Sequence record: DRR378314_485
Strand: one strand, 5' to 3'
Length of the DNA stretch: 64,000 nucleotides
This document shows positions 30,888-40,208 of this stretch, piece by piece (within the stretch, counting starts at the first letter, position 1; every line of letters starts with the position of its first letter). Made by a program: the position numbers and the translations under genes. The notes beneath the pieces are model-generated. The model did no database searches, was not told the origin of the DNA, and worked only from the letters and a program-made list of their open reading frames with translations.

Positions 30888-32171
30888 TTAGAGCTCTTCC
30901 AGCTTTTTGCCAGCGTCGTTGTCATAATAAACATCTTCATCAAAGTCGCCTTCTGAGCGCGCAACCACACAGCTAACCATAGCGTCACCGGTTACGTTAA
31001 CTGCGGTTCGGGTCATATCCAACAAGCGATCCACTCCGATAATAAGGCCAATACCTTCAACCGGTAAACCAACTTGCTGCAGCACCATGGCGAGCATGAT
31101 AAGCCCAACCCCGGGCACTCCGGCAGTACCGACCGATGCAAGAGTTGCAGTCATAATCACCATCAGGTATTCAGCAACACCTAAGTCCAGGCCATAAACC
31201 TGCGCGATAAAGACGGTAGCAACGCCTTGCATAATAGCCGTACCATCCATGTTGATGGTAGCGCCCAGCGGCACAGTGAAGGAACCGACACTGTTACTAA
31301 CACCTAAACGACGGGTAACGGTTTCTAATGTGATAGGCATAGTCGCATTACTGCTTGCTGTGCTAAAGCCAAACAGTTGAGCGTCTCGCATCTTACGCAT
31401 AAAGATACCCGGCTTAACCCGTGCCAGAACGCGCATAAATAAGGGGTAAACAATTAAACCATGAGCGAGCAGCACAAACAGCACAAGCAGGAAGTACTTC
31501 GCCAGACTGCCTATCATTTCCACGCCAATTTCCGTAAACAGCTTAGCCATTAACGCAAATACACCATAAGGCGCCAGGTTCATTAAAATAACAACCAACT
31601 TCATGATGACCGAATTCAAATCATCGAAAAAGCCTTTCAAACGTTCACCCGGTTTACCAACCAGGGCCATAGAAATACCGAACAGCAATGCAAACACAAT
31701 AATCTGCAGCATATTGCCTTCAGCCATAGCGTTAATGGGGTTGTCGGGAAACAAATTAACAATGACTTCGCTGACCGATGGTGCTTCACTGGGCTCAAAG
31801 CTGGCATCTGAAGCACGCTCAATACCCGAGCCCGGTTGCACCAGAATTGCCGAGCCAATTGCAAAAGTAATTGCTATGGCCGTGGTGATCATATACATGC
31901 CCACTGCTTTTCCGCCTAAGCGCCCAAGCTTACTAGGGTCACTTAAGGAACAGGTACCGACCACCAGTGATACAAACACCAATGGCACAACCAGCATTTT
32001 CAAAGAGGTAATGAATATTTGACCAACAACGTCGAAAAGACCATTGGTTAAATACAAAGAAACCCAGGCATTATCACCGGCAACGTAACGAATAATGGTA
32101 CCGAGAATGATCCCAGCGACCATACCGATAACAATACGGCTAGTCAGACTGAGTTTTTTCTTTTCGCTCAT
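30888..32171 (-). CDS. Dicarboxylate/amino acid:cation symporter (DAACS, GltP-like)
   Basis: FSTASS, GATINMDGT, ASVGTAGVPG, DRLLDMTRTAVN. Confidence 0.93.
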   Translation of the reverse strand: MSEKKKLSLTSRIVIGMVAGIILGTIIRYVAGDNAWVSLYLTNGLFDVVGQIFITSLKMLVVPLVFVSLVVGTCSLSDPSKLGRLGGKAVGMYMITTAIAITFAIGSAILVQPGSGIERASDASFEPSEAPSVSEVIVNLFPDNPINAMAEGNMLQIIVFALLFGISMALVGKPGERLKGFFDDLNSVIMKLVVILMNLAPYGVFALMAKLFTEIGVEMIGSLAKYFLLVLFVLLAHGLIVYPLFMRVLARVKPGIFMRKMRDAQLFGFSTASSNATMPITLETVTRRLGVSNSVGSFTVPLGATINMDGTAIMQGVATVFIAQVYGLDLGVAEYLMVIMTATLASVGTAGVPGVGLIMLAMVLQQVGLPVEGIGLIIGVDRLLDMTRTAVNVTGDAMVSCVVARSEGDFDEDVYYDNDAGKKLEEL

Positions 32172-32266
32172 AAGCGTCCTTTATTATTCATTCTAAAAAC
32201 TGCGATAGCCTAGCAGAAAGCTTTTAAATAAGCAGCTATAAAACTGTAAGCCTCGCTGAACACCTT

Positions 32267-33265
32267 CTATTGTGCGACATCTGACCGGGTTAAGGAAGAT
32301 TTTAAGGTATGAATAATAACAGACATACCTTTCGCAAAACGTTCACTTAGCGGTTTACGGATAACATACTGTAATTTTAATACGTCAAAAGCTTTATGCT
32401 GTTTCATTAACCACGCGTCACTGGTCGTCACTTCATCAATCAGGCCAAGCTCTTTTGCTTCCTGACCTGACCAGACCTCGCCTGTTGCTACTTTGTCTAT
32501 ATCCAGTTCACTTCGGTTTTCCTGAACAAAAGACTTAAACTGACGGTGAATGGCTTCTAAATCCTGTTTAAACTTACGACGCCCTTCATCAGTATTTTCA
32601 CCAAAGATAGTCAAAGTGCGCTTATATTCACCCGCGGTTAATTGCTCAAAATCGACATTATGCTTTTTCAAAAGCCGATGAAAATTCGGTATTTGCGCAA
32701 CCACGCCTATTGAGCCGATAAAGGCAAAAGGTGCCGCCATGAGCTTATGACCAACACAGGCCATCATATAACCGCCGCTTGCAGCCACTTTATCTATAGC
32801 AACATTAACGATTAAGTTATGCTCTCTCAAACGCAGCAACTGAGCCGCCGCCAGACCATAACCATTAACCACACCACCGCCGCTTTCCAGTCTTACCAGT
32901 ACTTCGTCTTTCTCGGTGGCCAAGTTTAGAATAGCGTTGACTTCATGGCGTAAACTGTCGACCTCTTTTGCATCCATGCTGCCTTTAAAATCAATAACAA
33001 AAAGACGTTTCTCTTTATTCTGCACAGCCTTCTTTTTCTTTAACGCTTTCAGTGCTTTTTTCTGAGCTTTTTTATCCATAAGCTCAATTTTCAATTGTTC
33101 ACTCAGCTCATTCAGCTCTTTAGATAAATGCGTGACTTGTAAGTCACCTTTACTCTTTTTCTGTTTCTGCGCCGCCTGAGCAATAAGGCCCACAATAAAA
33201 CCAACAGCCACCACAATAATAGCGGCTTTTAGTAAAAAACCTCCAATATCAGCAACAAAATCCAT
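32267..33265 (-). CDS. sohB: Protease SohB (S49)
   Basis: LESGGGVVNGYGLAA, DKVAASGGYMMAC, GSIGV, TAGEYKRT. Confidence 0.95.
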   Translation of the reverse strand: MDFVADIGGFLLKAAIIVVAVGFIVGLIAQAAQKQKKSKGDLQVTHLSKELNELSEQLKIELMDKKAQKKALKALKKKKAVQNKEKRLFVIDFKGSMDAKEVDSLRHEVNAILNLATEKDEVLVRLESGGGVVNGYGLAAAQLLRLREHNLIVNVAIDKVAASGGYMMACVGHKLMAAPFAFIGSIGVVAQIPNFHRLLKKHNVDFEQLTAGEYKRTLTIFGENTDEGRRKFKQDLEAIHRQFKSFVQENRSELDIDKVATGEVWSGQEAKELGLIDEVTTSDAWLMKQHKAFDVLKLQYVIRKPLSERFAKGMSVIIHTLKSSLTRSDVAQ

Positions 33266-33282
33266 ACCACTCTCCTAAAACG

Positions 33283-33310
33283 AAAAAGGCCAGCATAACT
33301 GCCGGCCTTT
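33283..33310 (-). terminator. Intrinsic terminator after the lipase gene
   Basis: Minus strand AAAGGCCGGCA-GTTA-TGCTGGCCTTT followed by TTCGTTTT. Confidence 0.75.
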
Positions 33311-33337
33311 GAATACCAAGTGTTCAATAACCTGAGA

Positions 33338-35707
33338 TTATTCTACCAAATCTGCGTCGCTGATTGTCACTTGCATCATATCAGATGCAAACCAAAATGC
33401 GATTTGTTGCTGCATTTCAGCCGTAACCGCCGCAGACGATTCTGAACTAACTAATGAAGCGTGCTCTGCATCACCGCCAAAACGAACGATGCCCGACACT
33501 GAATTGCCATCAGGTGTTGTTGTCTCAGAAATGCCCTCTAAACCTAGTAATCCGGCTAGAGGTTCGGTACCTGCCAAAGGTTTATTTTCAACTGCGTTTG
33601 GAATTACTGCATCACCTACAGCTTCAATCATAAGTACAGGTGTTTCCGATGCGACTACGCTACTTGCATAGTTAACAGGGTCGCCTGAATCGATAACGGT
33701 CTGAGCCGCAAAAGCGAACTGTTCAAGAGTTGCATTAATTTGCGCAACTTGCTGTTCTGACGCTTGTGCCATAAATCCTGCGTAGAATTCTTCAAGAGTC
33801 GCGCCGCCAGCGATAGCCTGGTCGGCCGCCGCTTTAAACTCTGGGTTAGACGAATAGAGTAAAGTTGCTTTAATAGTCGGTCCGAAGCTGTCAGAAGCCA
33901 ATAGGAAACTCGCTATGCTACCACCTGGCATACCTAAACTTGAGGCTTGAACAGAAAACTGTCCATCAAGAGCCGCAAGTGGGCTGTCTTCACCGAAAGA
34001 CGTATTAGCTAAGGCTGTGAAACCAGTTCCGGCAATTGCGCCTAAAGAATGTCCAACAAAATGCACATCCTGACCGTTTAGTTCTTCTGTAGCACCCGCA
34101 TCCTGAAAGTAATTCAAACTTAGACGAAGCCCAATAAGGTCAGTAATAGACTGACGCAAGTTATCTCGTGTCGTTAATAAACTGCTTAAGTTCATATAAG
34201 CGGTAACGCCACTTTCACTGGATGCGTCGATATCATCAGTGCCGTCATTGTCGACATCAAATGCACGCCCGCCATGCAATGGATGGTCGATGGCAACAGT
34301 CGCAAATCCGGCTACTGCGAAAGTCCCCGCTATTGCTGCAGCATTTTCTTTCTCGCCCGTAATACCGTGTTGGAAGATAATAACAGGCCAACCACTGGCC
34401 GGAGCGGTTAAAGGATCAAGCCCCATTGTAGCTCGCACGCCATTTGCCGTTGCCAAATCAGGAATGGTAATAAACGCTTCTATAGTCTGATCGCCCTGAT
34501 TTGCAGGAATAGGATTATATCGAGTTAAATTGCGTTCCTCATCAACACCTTCAATATCAAAGCAGTCGTTAGGCGGCAGCATCAATTTTGGATCATCAAT
34601 CATTGCAGCACTGATTCCCTCAGCTGCAGCATCAATTTCACCAGCCTGCAAAGCATTTAGTATAGCAGCCGGACTATCACATTGAGCCGTCCACCGTCCT
34701 GTCAAAGGTGCATTTGGGTTCTCTGTAGTAGGTAACGGCGAGTAATAAGGTAAGTCTACCTGCCCTCCATAAACTTTTGCTGCACTTGCTACAGCCAGAA
34801 CGTTCGGATCAGTAATTCCTGCGCCGGACAAAACCGTATTCAAAGTAATCCCCTGAGAAACGGCTTGAAGCACTGGTGGATTAGAAGCCGAAACTCTTTG
34901 TCCTAGTAAACTTTTAGTCGCGCCCAAAACATCACCCACAGACTGTGTAGTAAAGTTCGAGCTGTAAATCACGCCTTCAGGATCAACGCCAAACTGCTCT
35001 AAAGAACCTTCATAACTGTTAACCAGGCGCTGCAGAGAGACTGCACTTGCATCACCTGAAACAGGCTTCTCATCGGCATTACGCTTCATTAATGTATAGG
35101 TTTGTGATGGTTTAACATCGCGACCGAGGGAGTCTTGAATATTGTCGGTCAATACCACCAGGTAACCGGTTTTAGGTTTGAATGGACGCAGTGGTACAAC
35201 GGCAACACTGCCCTCACCCGTTGCTTTAACCGTAAAGTCGGTATTGTGTTCAAGCTCACCTGTTACGGCACATACAGCCGCAGGATTTGCAGCGGCACAT
35301 TGCTCAGAAACAGCGCTTCCGCCCTGAATCGTTTCAAATACCCGTATTGAACCCTGAGCTTCCAGGCTCGCAGCTTCAATAGTGACTTTCTCACCGTTTT
35401 CATCAACTGGTAATGAGAAATTAAAAGTTAAGGTTGAGTGCGTACCCCAGCCGTCAAGCCCATTGATAGCAACCTGAGGGTTTGCTATATCTGACGCATC
35501 TTCAACCGGCAAATTCAACGTACCGTCAACTGATCCGCTTAAGAGTATGTTTGTTGGTACAGGTAAAGCACCATTCGACGGATCAAAAACTACGCGAGAC
35601 GCAGCAACACTAACTTCAGTTTCTGTAACAGGAGCTTCGTCACCGCTACCACAGCCTACAAGGCTAAGTGCAGAACCAATTGCAAGCGGAAGTAATAATT
35701 TCTTCAT
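33338..35707 (-). CDS. VolA/Pla-1 family surface lipoprotein (lyso)phospholipase
   Basis: Lipobox LVGC, DGTLNLP...LDGW N-domain, WPVIIFQHGIT, AIDHPLHG, RDNLRQS, GHSLG nucleophile, GTEPL. Confidence 0.88.
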   Translation of the reverse strand: MKKLLLPLAIGSALSLVGCGSGDEAPVTETEVSVAASRVVFDPSNGALPVPTNILLSGSVDGTLNLPVEDASDIANPQVAINGLDGWGTHSTLTFNFSLPVDENGEKVTIEAASLEAQGSIRVFETIQGGSAVSEQCAAANPAAVCAVTGELEHNTDFTVKATGEGSVAVVPLRPFKPKTGYLVVLTDNIQDSLGRDVKPSQTYTLMKRNADEKPVSGDASAVSLQRLVNSYEGSLEQFGVDPEGVIYSSNFTTQSVGDVLGATKSLLGQRVSASNPPVLQAVSQGITLNTVLSGAGITDPNVLAVASAAKVYGGQVDLPYYSPLPTTENPNAPLTGRWTAQCDSPAAILNALQAGEIDAAAEGISAAMIDDPKLMLPPNDCFDIEGVDEERNLTRYNPIPANQGDQTIEAFITIPDLATANGVRATMGLDPLTAPASGWPVIIFQHGITGEKENAAAIAGTFAVAGFATVAIDHPLHGGRAFDVDNDGTDDIDASSESGVTAYMNLSSLLTTRDNLRQSITDLIGLRLSLNYFQDAGATEELNGQDVHFVGHSLGAIAGTGFTALANTSFGEDSPLAALDGQFSVQASSLGMPGGSIASFLLASDSFGPTIKATLLYSSNPEFKAAADQAIAGGATLEEFYAGFMAQASEQQVAQINATLEQFAFAAQTVIDSGDPVNYASSVVASETPVLMIEAVGDAVIPNAVENKPLAGTEPLAGLLGLEGISETTTPDGNSVSGIVRFGGDAEHASLVSSESSAAVTAEMQQQIAFWFASDMMQVTISDADLVE

Positions 35708-35761
35708 GAGGTATCCTCAATTCTTTTTATGATTTGTTATTTTACGTCTTCTCTTAACGAT

Positions 35762-35781
35762 TTTTATACACCTGTATCAAA
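35762..35781. promoter_or_regulatory. Palindromic operator, TetR-type (PsrA/FabR-like)
   Basis: TTTTATACA-CC-TGTATCAAA, a 20-bp inverted repeat with one mismatch, 55 bp upstream of the lipase start. Confidence 0.45.
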
Positions 35782-35892
35782 TAAGATGAAAGGCTTTTTA
35801 CCGATTTTTCGTTCGTTTGCTGAGAAGTTACTCGAATATCGTTACAATAGCCCACTCACCCGACCACAGTCCAATGGTATTAAGAAACTGTT

Positions 35893-36645
35893 ATGGAAAT
35901 TAAAACCGTACATGATTATCAGGCAAGCCCTGAATTATTGAAAAATAAGGTTATTTTAGTTACTGGTGCAGGCGACGGAATTGGTCGTCAAGCCGCTCTG
36001 AGCTGCGCGGAACATGGTGCTACAGTTATTTTACTGGGGCGTACGGTCAGCAAGCTTGAGTCAGTTTATGACGAAATTATCGCTCAGGAAAGTCCTCAAC
36101 CAGCAATTATTCCGCTGGATTTAAAAGGCGCAACAGAAAATCATTATCGTGATATGGCGGCCACCATCGCCGATCAGTTCGGAAAATTAGACGGTGTGCT
36201 GCATAACGCTGGGCTACTTGGCATTCTGTCCCCTTTTACTCACATTGAAAAAGACAGCTGGGACGACATTATGCAGGTTAACGTAACGGGTCAGTTTGCC
36301 ATGACTCAGGCACTGATTCCGGTAATGGAAAAGTCTCCGAATGCATCCTTAGTTTTCACGTCTTCCGGCGTAGGAAGAAAAGGCCGGGCATTCTGGGGAC
36401 CATATTCTGTCAGTAAATTTGCTACCGAAGGTATGGCTCAGGTTATTGCCGACGAGTATGAAGATACCAAATTACGCACCAACATCATTAACCCCGGCGC
36501 GACCCGCACAGCGATGCGTGCAAAAGCGTATCCGGCAGAAGACGCGAAGTCACTTAAAACACCAAAAGATCTGATGCCAACTTATTTGTATCTGATGAGT
36601 GACGACAGCATTTCTGATAATGGATTGTGTTTCGACGCCCAGTAA
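35893..36645 (+). CDS. yciK: YciK family SDR oxidoreductase
   Basis: TGAGDGIG, HNAG, YSVSK (YxxxK), INPGATRTAMRAKAYP. Confidence 0.92.
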   Translation: MEIKTVHDYQASPELLKNKVILVTGAGDGIGRQAALSCAEHGATVILLGRTVSKLESVYDEIIAQESPQPAIIPLDLKGATENHYRDMAATIADQFGKLDGVLHNAGLLGILSPFTHIEKDSWDDIMQVNVTGQFAMTQALIPVMEKSPNASLVFTSSGVGRKGRAFWGPYSVSKFATEGMAQVIADEYEDTKLRTNIINPGATRTAMRAKAYPAEDAKSLKTPKDLMPTYLYLMSDDSISDNGLCFDAQ

Positions 36646-36726
36646 ACCGGCAGCTTCGAACTGACGTATCGGTAAAAAGGAAACGTGTTACACTCAATAA
36701 CATGCATAATTAATTAGGTTACGTCT

Positions 36727-37797
36727 ATGACATCGAAGCTACAGCAGCGAGCCGTTAATATACTTAGGCTCGCTTTGCCTTTCAGCGCATTGTTCAGTTT
36801 GTCAGCAGTTGCTGAGCCTCCGGAAATCGAAATTTTTGATAACGTCCGCCAGCAACAATGGGTGGGGGTAAGTCCTGTTAGTCGCGATACTATTTGGATC
36901 TCCGGTGAGAAAGGAACCGTAGCCAGAACCACAGATTCAGGGAAAAGCTGGGAATATTTTCAACCCGGACCTAATGATCTGGATTTTCGCGATATTGAAG
37001 CTATTGATGACCGCCGCGCCTATGCATTAAGTGTTGGTACAGGAGGTCAGTCACGTATTTACTATACTGAGAATGGCGGTAACAGTTGGCGTCTGCGTTA
37101 TCGCGGCGAAGCGGACAGCTTCTTCAACTGCATGGCACTTTCTCCTAGCGGCGAAGCCTGGGTACATGGCGACAGTGTTGGAGATGAATGGCGGATGGTA
37201 CGCAGTGCCGATGGTCGCAACTGGATGCAAGTTCGCAGCGCGGTCGCCGAGCCGCCTCAATCTAATGAAGGTGGTTTCGCCTCAAGTGGCAGCTGTGCCC
37301 GCTTTAATAACGACAACTGGATGATTGCAACGGGTAATGCTGATAAAGCTCGAGTATTAATTAAAGGCTCGTTTGGCATTCGCTTTCGTGTGGTAGAAAC
37401 ACCAATGGAAGCAGGCCCTATGGCGGGCATTACCAGTGTGTGGCCTATTGACGATAAAACCTTTTATATTGCTGGTGGTGACTTAAATGATGCTTCTGGC
37501 GATGAAAACCGTTTATGGCATTATCAAAATAACGAATTTGAAGCCTTGCCCGGGCCACCAATTAAAGGCGCTCTTTATAGCTTGAGCCTTATCGCTCACA
37601 ACGGTTCCTGGTTACTAACGTCTAATCCCCAGGGCGCGGCGGCACTTAACCTACAAACTAAGAAATGGTTTAAGCTCTCTGATGCCAATATCTGGAATAT
37701 TCAGTGTCATGGGGATATCAGTTGCTGGCTGGTTGGTAAAGACGGCTACGTTGGCCGTTTGCAATGGCAGGCGCCGCAACAGCGCCCTAAGCTCTAA
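36727..37797 (+). CDS. Exported BNR/Asp-box beta-propeller protein (Ycf48-like)
   Basis: Signal peptide; Asp-box repeats RTTDSGKSW, YTENGGNSW, RSADGRNW; DFRDIEA and FASSG motifs. Confidence 0.75.
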   Translation: MTSKLQQRAVNILRLALPFSALFSLSAVAEPPEIEIFDNVRQQQWVGVSPVSRDTIWISGEKGTVARTTDSGKSWEYFQPGPNDLDFRDIEAIDDRRAYALSVGTGGQSRIYYTENGGNSWRLRYRGEADSFFNCMALSPSGEAWVHGDSVGDEWRMVRSADGRNWMQVRSAVAEPPQSNEGGFASSGSCARFNNDNWMIATGNADKARVLIKGSFGIRFRVVETPMEAGPMAGITSVWPIDDKTFYIAGGDLNDASGDENRLWHYQNNEFEALPGPPIKGALYSLSLIAHNGSWLLTSNPQGAAALNLQTKKWFKLSDANIWNIQCHGDISCWLVGKDGYVGRLQWQAPQQRPKL

Positions 37798-37810
37798 CAG
37801 TTCACGTACA

Positions 37811-39928
37811 TTAAGCGGCTGGAGAACTTAATAAAGCCAGCCCACCTAATAAGTGACGGCTATTAAATCCGTGCCGCTTAAGCACGTTAGCGACAACCTG
37901 GCTTCTGTTGCCCGAGCGACATAAGCAAATAATATCGCGTTCTCGCAAGTGTGAGTTACTGTGTATAAACTGAATGACTTCAGTCAATGGTACATTAACC
38001 ACCTCTGCATTACAGGGAATATCGGACAACACGTGCTCCTGCCGCTCTCGCACATCAACAATTAACAAATCATCGCGATGCCAGAATTCGTCAGTATCTC
38101 CGACCAGAATATTAACGCCATCATCAACACGACAGTCGCCGTTTAATTCACAAGGAGTGTAAACGATATGGTGCTCCGAATCCTGTCCCGGGCAAATAAG
38201 CGTATTCTCTCCGATAAAACACTCATAAGCGCTTGATGCTGCCTCAGCCCCCGTAAATAAAAAGTCTGACGCAACCCGACTTTTCAGTGTGGCTGATTCA
38301 CTTAATACATAGACCGGATTACGGCTACCGACTCGAAATAAACGCCGCTCACCAATACTCACACAGCCAATGACGCTGCCTTCGCACTCAACCGGAACCG
38401 CGTCGCACGAATCGGCCGCAGAATGCGGCCAGCCAAATACATCATACTCGTCTATAGACTGCTCAGGCATAAGTATTGGCAATAACAACTCGATGGACTG
38501 GCTGGTAATTGAATCAGCTGATGTCGATACCACAGCTTTCACTCGATAGTGCTGGCAGCTGACAATATTTTCAATTCTGCCAGCCAAAGCCGGATGAGGA
38601 TCGATAACGGCTATTTCTTTAGCTTGCTTATCTATTACCAGGTAACAGCAATGATCGTCGTACTTCAGTTGCACAACACCATCTAACTGAGCGTCGTTAT
38701 CGTTATTCGTGTCCGCAACAATTAGACAGGAATTTCTTAATGCGTCAGCAACTTGTTTTATACGTACACAAGCCTCAGTAATTTCCTCTTGTCGCGTTGC
38801 CGGACCAAAAGATAATCGAATAGCGGAACCGCTGCGCCACTCTTCCAGCCCCATAGCGTCTAAAACAAAGCTTTTTGTTACCTTAGAACTGCATGCAGAG
38901 CCTGAACTCACTCTTATCTGGCAGGCGTCAAAAACATCCATAATATCGCGCGAGGCTACCCCTTCTACGGAGAAGTTCAGCGTCGTAGGAACCGACAGCT
39001 CAAAATCATGATTAAATACAATAGAGGGAAAAGCTGACCGCAGGGCTTCAACCAACTGAGACCGATAATCCTGTAATTTAGCTTCACTATGAAAGCGACG
39101 GTTACTGCCATCCAGCATCAATTCAAATAACGCATTTAATGCTGCTATTCCGGGTAAGTTTTCGGTTCCGGAACGCAGGCCTGACTCCTGCCCTCCACCA
39201 ATAATTAAAGGGGTATAAGGGGCTGAATCCCGAACCGCCATAAACCCGATACCCTTGGGTCCATAAAGCTTATGACCACTGAACGGAGCGTAATCAATGG
39301 TTGTTTCATCTAAATTAAGAGCTTTTTTCCCTAATACCTGAACGCAGTCAACCATCCAGGGTACATCCGGGCTATGCTGACGTATTGTCTCTTCCAGTTG
39401 TTTTAAGTTCTGAATAACACCGGTTTCGTTGTTAACAGCCATAGTGCATATCATGGCAGCATCTTTGACATGCTCAGCAATAAACTGGTTATCCAACAGG
39501 CCTTGTTTATCAACCGGAATGGCAACAAGCTCTGCCTTCAGCCCAAGTAACTGGTTCCAGTGAGCTAAAGCTTGGGGCACGGCTTTGTGTTCCGTCGCAC
39601 CATACAGCAGGTATTTTTTTCGCTTATCGGGAGCAACCTGCATAGCTGCATTAATTGCAGAAACCACGGCCGTCTGAATGCCTTCTGTCGCGCCACTGGT
39701 AAAAATAAGCCGCCCTGAAGGCAAACCAACAATTTTACGAGCTAACTGACGCGTGGTATCCAGAATATAGCGAGCTTTTAAGCCCGTAATATGGCTACTT
39801 GAAGGGTTACCAAAAACTGTTTCCATCGTATGCGAAACAGCTTGGATAATTTCGGGAAGTACCGGAGTGGTAGCATTACAATCCAGATAAAGTTCGTTTG
39901 CGTTTGTCTGAATATCTATTGGTTTCAT
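37811..39928 (-). CDS. Fusion of group I cysteine desulfurase, degenerate metallo-beta-lactamase-like domain and rhodanese
   Basis: YLDCNATTP, FTSGATE, SGHKLYGPKG (PLP Lys), GGGQE..LRSGTEN, SSGSACSS; C-terminal DVRE...CRSGNRS...LLGG rhodanese; GGAGG RBS before ATG 39928. Confidence 0.88.
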   Translation of the reverse strand: MKPIDIQTNANELYLDCNATTPVLPEIIQAVSHTMETVFGNPSSSHITGLKARYILDTTRQLARKIVGLPSGRLIFTSGATEGIQTAVVSAINAAMQVAPDKRKKYLLYGATEHKAVPQALAHWNQLLGLKAELVAIPVDKQGLLDNQFIAEHVKDAAMICTMAVNNETGVIQNLKQLEETIRQHSPDVPWMVDCVQVLGKKALNLDETTIDYAPFSGHKLYGPKGIGFMAVRDSAPYTPLIIGGGQESGLRSGTENLPGIAALNALFELMLDGSNRRFHSEAKLQDYRSQLVEALRSAFPSIVFNHDFELSVPTTLNFSVEGVASRDIMDVFDACQIRVSSGSACSSKVTKSFVLDAMGLEEWRSGSAIRLSFGPATRQEEITEACVRIKQVADALRNSCLIVADTNNDNDAQLDGVVQLKYDDHCCYLVIDKQAKEIAVIDPHPALAGRIENIVSCQHYRVKAVVSTSADSITSQSIELLLPILMPEQSIDEYDVFGWPHSAADSCDAVPVECEGSVIGCVSIGERRLFRVGSRNPVYVLSESATLKSRVASDFLFTGAEAASSAYECFIGENTLICPGQDSEHHIVYTPCELNGDCRVDDGVNILVGDTDEFWHRDDLLIVDVRERQEHVLSDIPCNAEVVNVPLTEVIQFIHSNSHLRERDIICLCRSGNRSQVVANVLKRHGFNSRHLLGGLALLSSPAA

Positions 39929-39984
39929 GCCACCCTCCAAATTAACTAAAAGTTATATGTTTATAACCTTTATGACTAAAAGGG

Positions 39985-40197
39985 TCAATGAATCTGGTTT
40001 TCTTTCCAGGTTTGTTCCTTTCTCATTCTATCTTTTCGCTTATCGCATGGTTCATCACAGTCACAGGCTTTTTCCATACCCAGAGCGCCGATACCACCAC
40101 AGCTGCCGGAAATTGTCTTGCGCTGTACAATATAGCCAACGGCCATTGCCAGCACAACGATGATGAATAAGGCGAATACCATTATAAAGGTTTGCAT
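39985..40197 (-). CDS. nqrM: Na+-NQR maturation factor NqrM
   Basis: One TM helix then ISGSCGG...CDCDEPC Cys cluster; follows apbE. Confidence 0.92.
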   Translation of the reverse strand: MQTFIMVFALFIIVVLAMAVGYIVQRKTISGSCGGIGALGMEKACDCDEPCDKRKDRMRKEQTWKENQIH

Positions 40198-40208
40198 TAA
40201 AACTCCTA

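Noticed and set aside
30841-30890. TGA with a hairpin as possible selenocysteine read-through of miaE
   Set aside because: A bacterial SECIS lies downstream of the UGA rather than around it. MiaE is already complete, and read-through would add only about 15 codons.
37811-39928. DndA-type desulfurase of a DNA phosphorothioation defence system
   Set aside because: No dndBCDE, ssp or restriction genes are in the window, and the context is core metabolic.
39948-39971. Second Zur box
   Set aside because: The GTTATA/TATAAC arms are separated by 4 nt instead of 1. It is kept only as an unassigned palindrome.
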